Program-made: the position numbers and the translations under genes
DNA from: Methanothrix sp.
Lineage (GTDB): Archaea > Halobacteriota > Methanosarcinia > Methanotrichales > Methanotrichaceae
Reading direction: 5' to 3'
DNA length: 64,000 bases
Assembly: GCA_963682135.1 (NCBI GenBank)
Contig: OY821645.1
Coordinates: 2,336,001 to 2,400,000 of the forward strand
In this document: positions 1 through 9,853 of the stretch, in pieces
Numbering within the stretch: the stretch's first letter is position 1
Layout of the letters: the number at the start of each line of letters is the position of its first letter
Notes under the pieces: generated by a model
Told to the model about the DNA's origin: nothing
The model's input: only the letters and a program-made list of their open reading frames with translations
Databases searched by the model: none

Positions 1-492
1 GTAGATCTTCTGGAACTGGTCGGGAAGCATCTCAATAATGGCCTTCATGCTATCTATTACCGTGTAGCCCCATATGGTGATATCCGTGCGGCCGAAGATG
101 ACCTGTGCATTCAGTCTTTCGACAATGGTCGCGAGGTGGATGGGGTCCTGGTATTCGCAGACGCTGCAGATGGAGTCCAGGCCTAAAATGTCGCCCCACA
201 TGTTCTCGTAAGCACGCAGTACATTACAGCCGCGGCTTTCGTCTATGCGCAGTAGAGCATCGATGATCTTGCTCACGATCATTATGCCGGGGGACTTTCT
301 CCTGCCACTCTCATAATCGGAGATGACAGAAGGAGACATGCCCATATGATTGGATAGGTCGGTCTGGGTTATGGCGAAGTTCCTGCGCCATTTCCTCAGG
401 GTATCACCAGGGCTCTGGGAAAGGGTGATCTCTCCAGCGATCTTCTCAGCCAGTAATCCTCGTGCGTTGGAGATCTCCCCACCGGAATTCAT
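1..492 (-). CDS. Archaeal XRE-HTH transcriptional regulator (COG1709-like), runs off the window edge
   Basis: Manual translation MNSGGEISNARGLLAEKIAGEITLSQSPGDTLRKWRRNFAITQTDLSNHMGMSPSVISDYESGRRKSPG...; not in ORF track because it is truncated. Confidence 0.85.
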   Translation of the reverse strand, partial: MNSGGEISNARGLLAEKIAGEITLSQSPGDTLRKWRRNFAITQTDLSNHMGMSPSVISDYESGRRKSPGIMIVSKIIDALLRIDESRGCNVLRAYENMWGDILGLDSICSVCEYQDPIHLATIVERLNAQVIFGRTDITIWGYTVIDSMKAIIEMLPDQFQKIY

Positions 493-588
493 AAAACAAC
501 AACTGGTTAAACTAGGATATAAATCTAGCGAAAATAATTCGGCATTTAACGTATGAATTGCATCAATAAAATATATTCGAAAAAGAAG

Positions 589-685
589 TGCGTCGACCGG
601 GATTCGAACCCGGGTTGTAGGCTTGCTTCGCAGATATTGAGATCTGCCTGGAAGGCCCAAGTCATAACCACTAGACCATCGACGC
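589..685 (-). tRNA. tRNA-Gly(TCC) with a 25-nt intron at 37/38 (624..648)
   Basis: GCGTCGATGGTCTAGTGG...GGTTCGAATCCCGGTCGACGCA; anticodon stem TGGGC/GCCTA, loop CTTCCA^A; intron forms a canonical bulge-helix-bulge (CTTC/GAAG central helix, GCAGAT/ATCTGC outer helix). Confidence 0.95.
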
Positions 686-795
686 CCGCGTCCTTAGGTG
701 GCAGAGGTTGAACTTAACTGTTTCGATCCGAAATCTAATCCATCAGATACTTTGATATATGGGTGTGAACGCGAAAACCGATTTAGGAAATAACA

Positions 796-1332
796 ATGAA
801 TGCCCTGATTGTTGCCTTCTGGCTGATGCTGCCCGCCTATATACCTAATAATTGCGCCGCTCTCTTCGGCGGAGGCAGGCCGCTGGACGGAGGCCGGATC
901 TTCTCGGACGGACGGCGCACACTGGGCGACGGCAAGACTTTTAGAGGGACCTTGGCAGGAACGATTTGCGGCATTCTGGTGGGACTGATGCAAAATGCGG
1001 TTGCGCCCTTCGTAGGATTGCCATCCTTTGGCAGCGGCCATGAAGTTCTGCCCGTTCTCCTGAGCCTCTCCCTGGGTGCCATGCTAGGTGATATAGTAGC
1101 CGCGTTCTTCAAGCGTCGCATGGGCCTTAATCGCGGTGCTCCTCTTTTTATCATAGACCAGCTGGATTTTGTCGTCGGTTCCTGGCTATTGACCCTGTTA
1201 GTAGCACCAGACTGGTTTACACAGCATTTCACATCCACAATAATATTAATCGTGCTCATAATAACACCCATACTGCACCGGGTAAGCAACATAATAGGCT
1301 ACAAAATGGGCGCGAAGCGGGAACCCTGGTGA
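796..1332 (+). CDS. carS: CDP-archaeol synthase
   Basis: [31 protein letters not shown] motifs; hydrophobic. Confidence 0.93.
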   Translation: MNALIVAFWLMLPAYIPNNCAALFGGGRPLDGGRIFSDGRRTLGDGKTFRGTLAGTICGILVGLMQNAVAPFVGLPSFGSGHEVLPVLLSLSLGAMLGDIVAAFFKRRMGLNRGAPLFIIDQLDFVVGSWLLTLLVAPDWFTQHFTSTIILIVLIITPILHRVSNIIGYKMGAKREPW

Positions 1333-1465
1333 TCTTTTAATTGCTTTTTTTGCAGGGAATTTCCTGCTTACTTTTCCAGCAGGACCCTGTCGTCCATTCG
1401 CTTCACCGTTGCAAAATAGCGAGGGGCAGCGAGATGCAGAAAAATTTCCCTGTCGGCTATCGCGA

Positions 1466-1478
1466 AAGGTTTATAAGT
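1466..1478 (+). promoter_or_regulatory. Candidate BRE/TATA box of the mtr operon
   Basis: AAGGTTTATAAGT about 90 nt upstream of mtrE; GGAGG SD just before the ATG. Confidence 0.5.
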
Positions 1479-1562
1479 TTAGGTAATTGATACCGAGAGC
1501 GTCATAGCCAATTCTATCGTTAAACAGCATGAAATTGGTGAAATGAAAAGGAGGAGGAATAA

Positions 1563-2468
1563 ATGGACGCATTTGGCATGGGACTCGTAGCTGCTATGGG
1601 TGCCCTTGCGACAGTTGCGGGCGCTTCTGAGGATATTGACTCGGATATAGGTTCTCAAAGCAACCCCAACTCGCAAGTTCAACTGGCTGCCCAGGTCGGA
1701 AATCCCCACCGGATTTACAATAAGGCCATTGCAGGCGAGCCGCCATCGAACGCTCTGTGGTGCACAACCGCAGCCATCATGGCTTATGTGCTCATCGAAG
1801 GCTATCATATGCCCTTGCTCTTTGCAGCAGCCGCTGGCGCATCATTGGCCGCTCTATTCGACGGTGTTATGTCCGTGAGCGCCTACCTAGGTAGGAACGC
1901 CAGCCAGGCAAGATTCAATCAGTGGATCTACCTGGATATCATAAGGTATACTACGCCTTCCATCATGGCACATGTATGGATTACATCTTTCTGTATAGTA
2001 TTGATTTCTATAATACAAGTATATGTTTTAACGCCTCATCATCCCTTCCCGATTCCCGTCATCGCCCTGGTTTGGGGACTGACCGTCGGTGCTATTGGAT
2101 CTTCCGTGGGTGATATTCACTACGGTGGTGAGCGTGAGTTCCAGTGGAGGCTGTTCGGACAGGGCCTGAACACCATGCTTTCCGGACAGATCGTGAGGAA
2201 GGCTGAAGCTGGTCTAAGAAACTCAATAGACAACGCCTGGTTCTGCGCCAAGTTCGGCGGACCGTGCACTGGAATGGGCTTCGGCCTGACTGTTTTCCTG
2301 GACAACTGGAGAACAACTGTCTTCGATCCCCTCACCCAGGCCACCGCAGCCATTGCCATGGGCGTTTTCTTTGTGATTGTAATGAACCTGTACAACTTCT
2401 ACTGTGAGCTTTCCGCTCGGAGAAAGTACGGGCCTTATCCAGGATACAAGGGGGACATAGCTGCATGA
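1563..2468 (+). CDS. mtrE: Tetrahydromethanopterin S-methyltransferase subunit E
   Basis: SDIGSQSNPNSQVQLA, GDIHYGGEREFQ, FCAKFGGP. Confidence 0.97.
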   Translation: MDAFGMGLVAAMGALATVAGASEDIDSDIGSQSNPNSQVQLAAQVGNPHRIYNKAIAGEPPSNALWCTTAAIMAYVLIEGYHMPLLFAAAAGASLAALFDGVMSVSAYLGRNASQARFNQWIYLDIIRYTTPSIMAHVWITSFCIVLISIIQVYVLTPHHPFPIPVIALVWGLTVGAIGSSVGDIHYGGEREFQWRLFGQGLNTMLSGQIVRKAEAGLRNSIDNAWFCAKFGGPCTGMGFGLTVFLDNWRTTVFDPLTQATAAIAMGVFFVIVMNLYNFYCELSARRKYGPYPGYKGDIAA

Positions 2469-3193
2469 ACTTCGATGCTAATACTATCATATATCTTCTG
2501 GAGATCATCGTCGGAGGGCTTCTGGTGGGCATTGGAGTTCACTTTGTGCCCGTGGGCGGAGCGCCCGCAGCCATGGCCCAGGCTACTGGTATCGGAACAG
2601 GTACCGTGCAACTGGCAGCAGGTTCCGGCCTTACCGGTCTCTTGTCTGCCGGCCTGATGATGTACGCCATGAGCCTGAGCCCGACCTTTGCCCAAGACGG
2701 CTACAGCATCTGGCCGATTCTTCTCACCGGAGCCGTGGGCGCCATGATCATGATGGATGCCACAATGCTAACTGGTAGCTGGATCTACGCTTACGCCGTA
2801 GGTGCGCCTTTCGCATCAGCCAAGGTCAACTACGATCCCATCACCAAGTTCTCCCAGCCGCCTTATGTCGCTCCCGGCACAGTCGGGCAGGGCATTCCCA
2901 CGGTTTGTTTCGTCTCAGGGACCATTGGTGCGGCCATGGGTGGCATAGGCGGTGCTATGATCTACTTCCCGCTCGTGCTCATCAACGGCAATCCTGCCAT
3001 GAGCGCCATCTTCGCTATCGGCATATTCATGGTGGATGCAGTTCTGGCTTCCTGGAACATCCAGGGAACCATCGAGGGCTTCCATGACCCCAAGTTCAAG
3101 AAGTGGCCCAAGGCATTCAAAGCCTGTCTTGTTTCCACAGCTATCCTGGCATTAGTGGCGGTTCTGATTACTCCCCTGGTTGGAGGTGTCTAA
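2465..3193 (+). CDS. mtrD: Mtr subunit D
   Basis: HFVPVGGAPAAMAQATG, GTIEGFHDPKFKKWP. Confidence 0.97.
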   Translation: MNFDANTIIYLLEIIVGGLLVGIGVHFVPVGGAPAAMAQATGIGTGTVQLAAGSGLTGLLSAGLMMYAMSLSPTFAQDGYSIWPILLTGAVGAMIMMDATMLTGSWIYAYAVGAPFASAKVNYDPITKFSQPPYVAPGTVGQGIPTVCFVSGTIGAAMGGIGGAMIYFPLVLINGNPAMSAIFAIGIFMVDAVLASWNIQGTIEGFHDPKFKKWPKAFKACLVSTAILALVAVLITPLVGGV

Positions 3194-3194
3194 G

Positions 3195-4010
3195 ATGGCA
3201 GCAACCGTTAAGGGGTTTAAATTCGAGCCAAAACAGCTCAGGATTTACGGCTTGGTCGGATCCGTTGTAGGGATTTACCTGGCTTACATACTAAACAGCA
3301 TCACCGGAACCAACATATTCTCCTTCGTGGGAGCCTTGGCCGCACTCTTCGGTGTGGTTATGGGAGCCAATGCAGTTCGAAGGGTATGCGCTTATGGTAT
3401 CGGTACAGGAGTTCCATCCATTGGAATGCTCTCTTTGGGAATGGGAGTAGTCGCCGTTTTGTTCGGCCTGAGCATTGCCGAGCAGTTGGGGATAGGAATG
3501 CTGGGCGTTATCATTGCCCTCGTCTACTCGCTGATATTCGGATATGTAGTAGGGCTTATCGCCAATAGGGTTATGGGCTTCAACATCCCCGTCATGGAGG
3601 AAGGCTTGACTGACCTCTCCGGCGCAGGAACCCTGGCTATATTGGGCTGGTCCTTTGCCATATCCGGATCTCTGGGCTATGCCGATATTGTCCACAGCGT
3701 CATCAACACCGGCTTCCTGGCGATTATCTTCATCTGCGGCGGTCTGGCCATATTGCATCCCTTCAACGCCAATCTGGGCCCGGATGAAAAACAGGATAGA
3801 ACCCTGGTTAACGGCGTAATGGTCGGTGGCATGTCAACCATAGCCACAGGCATATGCGCTCTGATGACACTCGGCCTTGCCGCCGGCATGGTGCAGATCG
3901 TAGTGGGCTTTGCTGTCTGGTATTACTTCTTTGTATGGTACTTCAGGCTGGCAAAGAGAGATGCCTCAGCAGTGGTCGGAACTGGACTTCTGCCGCCAAC
4001 GGTGCAGTAA
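3195..4010 (+). CDS. mtrC: Mtr subunit C
   Basis: YGIGTGVPSIGM, HPFNANLGPDE; start moved to the ATG after the GGAGG SD. Confidence 0.96.
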   Translation: MAATVKGFKFEPKQLRIYGLVGSVVGIYLAYILNSITGTNIFSFVGALAALFGVVMGANAVRRVCAYGIGTGVPSIGMLSLGMGVVAVLFGLSIAEQLGIGMLGVIIALVYSLIFGYVVGLIANRVMGFNIPVMEEGLTDLSGAGTLAILGWSFAISGSLGYADIVHSVINTGFLAIIFICGGLAILHPFNANLGPDEKQDRTLVNGVMVGGMSTIATGICALMTLGLAAGMVQIVVGFAVWYYFFVWYFRLAKRDASAVVGTGLLPPTVQ

Positions 4011-4023
4011 GGAGGTCTAGGAA

Positions 4024-4383
4024 ATGGGAATTGTTAGAATATCATCGGAACTGGGCCTGTCATTCGATCCACTTAAGGGAATGGTCGCAGAGGAGAGAGA
4101 CGACGTTATTCAGTACGCGCTCGATCCCATCATCCCCATGGTGGAGAGACTGGACCATATTGCAGATGACCTTGTGAACCAGTTGGGGCCGGACAGTGAA
4201 CTTATGGAGTCCTATGCCAACAGAGGCAAGGCGTCCTACATTGGCGGCCTGTACACCAATATCTGGATGGGCTTTATCATCGGCCTGGTAGTGGCCTTTG
4301 TCATCCTCATCAGCACGCTCTTCGCCAGCGAGGATGGACTGAATATTATAAAGGCAGCACTCATGCCGGCAGGAGGTGCCTGA
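4024..4383 (+). CDS. mtrB: Mtr subunit B
   Basis: Operon position; DPLKGMV, IADDLVNQL, C-terminal TM helix. Confidence 0.92.
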   Translation: MGIVRISSELGLSFDPLKGMVAEERDDVIQYALDPIIPMVERLDHIADDLVNQLGPDSELMESYANRGKASYIGGLYTNIWMGFIIGLVVAFVILISTLFASEDGLNIIKAALMPAGGA

Positions 4384-4384
4384 A

Positions 4385-5116
4385 ATGGCCTCAAAAAAGA
4401 AGCCATCTGAGCCTTGGCCGCTCATCACCGGAGAGTATGAGGCAGGAAATCCGGAAAGCCCGGTGGCTGTCTGTACCTGCGGATCTCACCTTAAGGGATC
4501 AGAGCTGATGGCTGCCGGCGCCGGTCTGGTTGGACCGTGCAAGACAGAGAACATCGGCATTGAGAAGATGGTGGCAAACCTGGTCTCCAATCCCAACATC
4601 AGATACTTAATTGTCACGGGAATGGAGGTCAAGGGGCACATCACAGGTCAGGCCGTGGAAGCCTTCCTAAAAGACGGTATAGATAAGGAAGGAAGGATTG
4701 TCGGTGCCAAGGGAGCCATTCCCTTCATCCAGAACCTGAACGACGAGTCCATCGAGAGGGTAAAGCAGCAGGTTCAGCCCATCATGATGATGGACACTGA
4801 AGACATGGGCACCATCAAGGCCAAGATTGCGGAGCTGGTCTCCAAGGATCCGGGTGCCTTAGATGTCGAGCCCATGAGAATCGAGATCAAAGAGGGCGGG
4901 GAAGAAGAGGTAGAGACCGGCCCCAGACCCATGGCCGCAGAGGCTGTGGATATTCTGGGGAGAATGAGGTTGATGGATGCCGCTGTCACCAATAATGGTC
5001 TCCTCAACAAGTTCCAGGCAGGCATCTATGCAGGCAAGATCGAAGGCGTAGCCCTGGGCATGACGGTAGTCCTGATCTTCTTCGGCATAATCCTCAAGAT
5101 GGTAGGAGGGCAGTAA
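4385..5116 (+). CDS. mtrA: Mtr subunit A (corrinoid-binding)
   Basis: GPCKTENIGIEK, EVKGHITGQ, GAKGAIPFI; C-terminal TM. Confidence 0.97.
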   Translation: MASKKKPSEPWPLITGEYEAGNPESPVAVCTCGSHLKGSELMAAGAGLVGPCKTENIGIEKMVANLVSNPNIRYLIVTGMEVKGHITGQAVEAFLKDGIDKEGRIVGAKGAIPFIQNLNDESIERVKQQVQPIMMMDTEDMGTIKAKIAELVSKDPGALDVEPMRIEIKEGGEEEVETGPRPMAAEAVDILGRMRLMDAAVTNNGLLNKFQAGIYAGKIEGVALGMTVVLIFFGIILKMVGGQ

Positions 5117-5117
5117 G

Positions 5118-5354
5118 ATGGCTGAAGAACAAGAGGTAATCTACGGCCAGGGCATCCCCAAGGTCGTTGATCCTAGAGCACAGCATTTCCAGGACATTGT
5201 GGATGACATCAAGTACAAGGCCCAGCTCTTGGCCAGGGAGACGAAGCTCTCCTCAGGAGTATTGGCCACCGTTTCCATGGGATTCGGCATTGGTTTCATC
5301 CTGGCTGTATTACTGATGCTCGGGCCGTTCTTTGTATTCCAAGGGGGGCTATGA
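5118..5354 (+). CDS. mtrF: Mtr subunit F
   Basis: VDDIKYKAQLLARETKLSSG plus TM; operon position. Confidence 0.92.
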   Translation: MAEEQEVIYGQGIPKVVDPRAQHFQDIVDDIKYKAQLLARETKLSSGVLATVSMGFGIGFILAVLLMLGPFFVFQGGL

Positions 5355-5357
5355 GCC

Positions 5358-5603
5358 ATGGCAAATGATGGAAGAGAAGCGGTTCCAGTAGCCGTGGTTG
5401 ATCGAGATCAGTTCAATGAGATCATGGCAAGGCTGGATAGGATCGATGAGAAGATTGAGTTCTACTCAGGCGAGAAGTTCCTGCGTGCCGGCAAGTCTGT
5501 CGGTAGGGATCTTGGTACAGCCTATGGAGTTTGCGCTGGATTGATCATAATATTGGCGTATATACTGTTTGTATATGCCGGCCACTGGACGAGGGTGATT
5601 TAA
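5358..5603 (+). CDS. mtrG: Mtr subunit G
   Basis: RLDRIDEKIEF...GRDLG plus TM. Confidence 0.92.
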   Translation: MANDGREAVPVAVVDRDQFNEIMARLDRIDEKIEFYSGEKFLRAGKSVGRDLGTAYGVCAGLIIILAYILFVYAGHWTRVI

Positions 5604-6539
5604 GTGTTCAAGTTTGATAGGAAGCAAGAGGTCTTCGAGTTCGGCAAGTTCAAGGTTGGGGGCCAGCCTGGAGAGTACCCCACATGTTGCATCGGCACCA
5701 TGTTCTACGCCAGGCACAAGATTGTCTCCGATCCGGAGCACGGAGTCTTTGATGCGGCTGCCGCAGAGAGGCTCTGGAACGCACAGGTTGAGATGAGCGA
5801 CGTCACTGGCAACTCCTGTATGAACCAGATCGTTGCTGAGAGTGATGAGGCCATGAAGAAAGAGATCGACTGGTTTGTGGGCATATCCGATTACCCGTTC
5901 CTCATCGACTCCTCTGCACCATCGGTGCGCGCCTTCGGCGTCAAGTACGCCACTGAGATCGGCGTAGCCGACAAGGCCATTCATAACTCCATCAACGCCT
6001 CAATAACTCCTGAGGAGCTGCAGGCAGTCAAGGAAAGCGACCTAAATGCCGCTATCGTACTGGCCTTTAACGCCATGGAGAAGGGAACCCTTGGAAAGAT
6101 GAACATACTGACCAAGGCTGCCGGTGGCGCCAAGAAGGGCATGCTGGAGTACGCCAAGGAATGCGGTATCACCAGGCCGCTCATCGACGTGGCCGCGATG
6201 CCGCTGGGTGCCGGCTCTGGGGCTACTTATCGTGCAGTTATTGCCGTCAAGGCTCAGCTCGGCCTGCCGGTAGGCGCAGGATTCCATAACGGTGCTTCGG
6301 CATGGGACTGGATGAAAAAGTGGAAGAAACAGCACAAGGAGGCTTTTGCACCTGTTGATATCGGCTCCAACCTGGTAGCCGGAATCATAGGCGCGGACTA
6401 CTACCTCTACGGGCCAATAGAGAACGCTCCCATGGTCTTCCCAGCCGCCGCGATGGTGGATATCATGAAAGCTGAATCCGCCGAGGAGTTGGGACTGAAA
6501 GTTCTGGCTGAAAAGCATCCTAAGAATACGACTCTGTAA
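5604..6539 (+). CDS. mtrH: Mtr subunit H
   Basis: MFKFDRKQEVF, GGQPGEYPT, LYGPIENA; GTG start; T-rich tract follows. Confidence 0.97.
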   Translation: MFKFDRKQEVFEFGKFKVGGQPGEYPTCCIGTMFYARHKIVSDPEHGVFDAAAAERLWNAQVEMSDVTGNSCMNQIVAESDEAMKKEIDWFVGISDYPFLIDSSAPSVRAFGVKYATEIGVADKAIHNSINASITPEELQAVKESDLNAAIVLAFNAMEKGTLGKMNILTKAAGGAKKGMLEYAKECGITRPLIDVAAMPLGAGSGATYRAVIAVKAQLGLPVGAGFHNGASAWDWMKKWKKQHKEAFAPVDIGSNLVAGIIGADYYLYGPIENAPMVFPAAAMVDIMKAESAEELGLKVLAEKHPKNTTL

Positions 6540-6575
6540 GTCGTCTTCTTTTTTTCTATTTTTCGAGGATTTTCA

Positions 6576-7214
6576 TTGCCGCGCGTTACCATTAGGACGG
6601 CTTTTCATAATATCAGATTCAAATGCCAGAGATGCGGCACCTGCTGCCATCATAAGAGGCCCGGGGAGTTCGGAGATTTAGTTCCTCTGGAAAGGCTAAA
6701 GGAGTTCTGGGAGAAGTCGAATCTGATCTATTTGACAGGCGAGGATATCGAAAATATCAATCGCGAAACAGGCCTTGATCCGTCTGATTTTGTTGATACG
6801 CTTTACAATTATGACGGAAAATTCGTTCGCGTTGACGACTCGGGAAAGAAAATAATCCTCGATTTTCCGGTCATGAAGAGCAAGGATGATACAACCTGCG
6901 TATTTTATGACAATGGCTGCACAATTTACTCCATTCGTCCCGCAGCCTGCCGCCTCTTTCCCTTTAGAGTAGAAGAGGAAACCACAACACAAGGCGACAT
7001 AGTATTAAACATATCGTGCAATGAGAGCTGCTCAGGAGTGGGAAAAGGCAAAATAGTCGACAAAAAACCGCTGGAAAAGCTGGTATCTGATCAGTTTCGA
7101 GAGAGAAGCGAATCCATCGCGACTGAGGTACGGGTTCTGGCGCAGGAAGGCAAGATTTCGAAGGATGCCGTGATATATCGTAGCCACCCAGGCAGAAAAT
7201 TGCCGCCCGAATAA
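6576..7214 (+). CDS. YkgJ-family CxxCxxCC cysteine-cluster protein
   Basis: FKCQRCGTCC, CVFYDNGCTIYSIRPAACRLFPF. Confidence 0.88.
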   Translation: MPRVTIRTAFHNIRFKCQRCGTCCHHKRPGEFGDLVPLERLKEFWEKSNLIYLTGEDIENINRETGLDPSDFVDTLYNYDGKFVRVDDSGKKIILDFPVMKSKDDTTCVFYDNGCTIYSIRPAACRLFPFRVEEETTTQGDIVLNISCNESCSGVGKGKIVDKKPLEKLVSDQFRERSESIATEVRVLAQEGKISKDAVIYRSHPGRKLPPE

Positions 7215-7310
7215 ATCGGATTAAAAAGAGCCATCTTGCGCCATTGGCTTTAGGAAAGTTTTTCTCCTAAAGAGATCTATAGGGAACGCGGCGTTGGTTA
7301 TCCCAGCGCC

Positions 7311-7502
7311 ATGATTTGGGAGGTAAGATTCATGACAGTTGTAAAGAGCGATGCTATGTTGCAGCACGAAAAGACGATCGACGCGGTAGTTGCTCACAGG
7401 CCGAAGCGCAGCAACGATCAAGTGATGCATATCGAGTGGAGAAATTTCTTGCTGGTAGCGGCTGCAATTATGGTAGTGGTCATAGCTGCCACTTCCATGT
7501 AA
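7311..7502 (+). CDS. Small membrane protein (start may be 7332)
   Basis: GGAGGT SD before MTVVK; C-terminal hydrophobic helix. Confidence 0.55.
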   Translation: MIWEVRFMTVVKSDAMLQHEKTIDAVVAHRPKRSNDQVMHIEWRNFLLVAAAIMVVVIAATSM

Positions 7503-7519
7503 AGAGGCTTATTGGCCGG

Positions 7520-8353
7520 TCATCCGGCTTTATTTATTTTTTTTAGATATTCGCAAAGAGACTCATTGAGAAAACCGGCAACACCTTCCGGATAATTGGC
7601 CTCCAAACAATCCAATTCCGCCATCTTTCTCGGATCAATGGGGTAGGGCTTGAGATATCTCTTGAAGCGTTTTTGGTCTTCCTTCAAATTCGAATTTGCA
7701 TTGACCAATGGTAGCTTCAGATGGAGAACCTGTTCCGGTTTAAGACCGATGCATTCCAATCTAATGTCCGGGCTGCCCGTCGATGGCTTGGCCTGAACTA
7801 TCTTCGTACCCAAGTCTCTGCAAAAGAATGCGCCGAAGGGGCTCAGGTCAGACAGACTGAGGATGATAGTCGGTTGGCGGCAGCGCTCGTAAAGGGCAGA
7901 AATGGCATCCTCTGATGCTTTACCATTGACTGAGACCAAAGTCACGCCGAATTTTTGGCAGATAGGATAAAGCAGCGGATTCAAGGCGGATTTTGCGACC
8001 CAAACCTCCAGTGAATAGGGACGACCCAAATCGCTCTCCGGCAGGAATACTTGCTCACCAATCGTTTCCTCCAATATTGCGTCGGCAGGAATGAATCCCA
8101 GACTTCTCGCTTTGCTCATCCACTTGGGAAGCTTCTCACCATCATTCTCATGGTAAGGTCTCGTGATCCTGATTTCACCTACGAACCCTCCGCAGATAGG
8201 ATAATCGGAGTCCTTCATCTGTAAAGCGTAGTAGAATAATCCTCGCAGTGTGGTTCTTGATCGGCCTGTGTTTTTTACAAAATCCTTATATGTTCTTGCA
8301 ATCCATCTGGATTTTGTTCTATCCGTTTCTGTGAATACAAATGCTTCGGTCAT
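7520..8353 (-). CDS. Topo VI-A/Spo11-like (wHTH + TOPRIM) protein with degenerate acidic motifs
   Basis: TLRGLFYY; LEVWVAKS; ILSLSDLSPFG; IGLKPEQV; AELDCL. Confidence 0.6.
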   Translation of the reverse strand: MTEAFVFTETDRTKSRWIARTYKDFVKNTGRSRTTLRGLFYYALQMKDSDYPICGGFVGEIRITRPYHENDGEKLPKWMSKARSLGFIPADAILEETIGEQVFLPESDLGRPYSLEVWVAKSALNPLLYPICQKFGVTLVSVNGKASEDAISALYERCRQPTIILSLSDLSPFGAFFCRDLGTKIVQAKPSTGSPDIRLECIGLKPEQVLHLKLPLVNANSNLKEDQKRFKRYLKPYPIDPRKMAELDCLEANYPEGVAGFLNESLCEYLKKINKAG

Positions 8354-8682
8354 ATCTTGATTTCCCGGACCCTTGAATTGATACAGCAGATAGACTGGGA
8401 ATAAATCGGTACGCTTTCCCACGCATGCTGGCGATTAACTGCTTAATTGAGAGTTGGACGCCAAAGTATATAGAACAGGATGTTTCTGCAAGGATACCAG
8501 GCAAAAAAAGAGAGATGCAAATGCCGAACACATGAGATTTGCAGGGTCAAAACAATGGGGTAGGATGCACCGATTCAATCAATTGCAGCTGCTGTTCTAG
8601 CCGGAGAAGGGCCACAAAGTTTATTTGGGATGCAGTAGACTGACTTTTGCCTAATGATTAATTGCACAAAGGAGGTGGGAAC

Positions 8683-8784
8683 ATATCGGATCAATTGATC
8701 GCCGTAGTAGTATTTGGGGTCTTAACATTCGTACTGCCATATGTATTGAATAAATGGTCGGACGGCAGGGCCGGGGTCAGGTAA
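8683..8784 (+). CDS. Putative 33-aa single-TM micro-protein (ATA start; alternative TTG at 8662 or 8695)
   Basis: GGAGGTG SD at 8671; (M/I)SDQLIAVVVFGVLTFVLPYVLNKWSDGRAGVR*; followed by a hairpin. Confidence 0.55.
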   Translation: MSDQLIAVVVFGVLTFVLPYVLNKWSDGRAGVR

Positions 8785-8798
8785 ATTCTGCTAATTCT

Positions 8799-8826
8799 AC
8801 GATCCTGGCTTTCGAGCTAGGGTCGT
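8799..8826 (+). terminator. 12-bp hairpin with UUCG loop downstream of the micro-ORF
   Basis: ACGATCCTGGCT-TTCG-AGCTAGGGTCGT; two G-U pairs favour the + strand. Confidence 0.6.
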
Positions 8827-9373
8827 TGTTATCATCATTTATTATTCAATGGATGCTGCAATAACAAAAGCCTAATCGTTTTTGTCTAAGCGAAGATAAT
8901 TATAAAAAAATTGCATGAGATTATCTTATCGTCGATTCTCCATCCGAGCTACATGAATTGAGCAATAACTACCAAGACCAAAAAGAGCCCGGTCAACACA
9001 GCAACAATATTCGTGGTATCCGGCGTTTTGATGCCGCATTTCTTGGGATTTTTTGGCTTATTGTTATAGATTAATTCTGTTCCTCGCCCATATTGTATCA
9101 TTTGATCTGTTATTCCTGTCACGGACATCTGCTTCACCTCAATCCTATTCTATTCCAAAATAGCTTTTCACCTATTTTACCTTTATGGCTGTATAACGAA
9201 TGTGTGATATATCTTAAGAAGGGAAAAAACCAAAACATAGCGGTTGGAATCGCTAAGGGATACCGCGGATGTCAGTATAATCACTTCGGAGGCATCGTTT
9301 TAAATTCGAATCTTCCATAGTCTTTAATACTGATGAAGGCAACCTAAAAGATAAAAAAAGGCCCGGCGAGCAA

Positions 9374-9823
9374 ATGCCCAGCGTCAAATATACCCGAATT
9401 GAGATAACCCAAGAAGCATATATGGCTTTAGAGGCGGAAGCCATTCTTCAAGGGAAGACCTTGAAGAAACTCGCGTCCGAAATGATACTGAAAGCGGCTT
9501 CCAAGAAAGCACTTAATTTTGTCCAGGAATCTACTGTCTCAATCGAAGCCAACTTAAATTTTAGCAGAGATAAACTATCTAAAGTGATAACCGATATTGG
9601 CTCAACAAAGATGAATATTGATGAAGGGGTCATGGAGAACGTCCAGAAGAGTCTGGTTGATGAAGGATATCAAGGAGCAATGTTATATGTGGCTCAGCAC
9701 ACAGCATCGATACAGCGAGACGAGCTATTTAGGATATTGACAACCTGCCAGCTCAATAGAGTACCTTCGACGATGGCTGTGGATATCATAAAGAGTTTGA
9801 AGAGAATGCAGGATGGCAAATAG
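9374..9823 (+). CDS. Hypothetical protein with N-terminal ribbon-helix-helix-like motif
   Basis: YTRIEITQEAYMALEAEAILQGKTLKKLASEMI. Confidence 0.7.
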   Translation: MPSVKYTRIEITQEAYMALEAEAILQGKTLKKLASEMILKAASKKALNFVQESTVSIEANLNFSRDKLSKVITDIGSTKMNIDEGVMENVQKSLVDEGYQGAMLYVAQHTASIQRDELFRILTTCQLNRVPSTMAVDIIKSLKRMQDGK

Positions 9824-9853
9824 ACATCATCAAGTGAATCTTCGAGACGCTTC

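Noticed and set aside
1563-6539. mtr operon (and mtd) as a novelty
   Set aside because: Canonical EDCBAFGH order; expected in this lineage.
8949-9137. 62-aa ORF with C-terminal hydrophobic stretch
   Set aside because: No clear start or SD; could be real, but unsupported.
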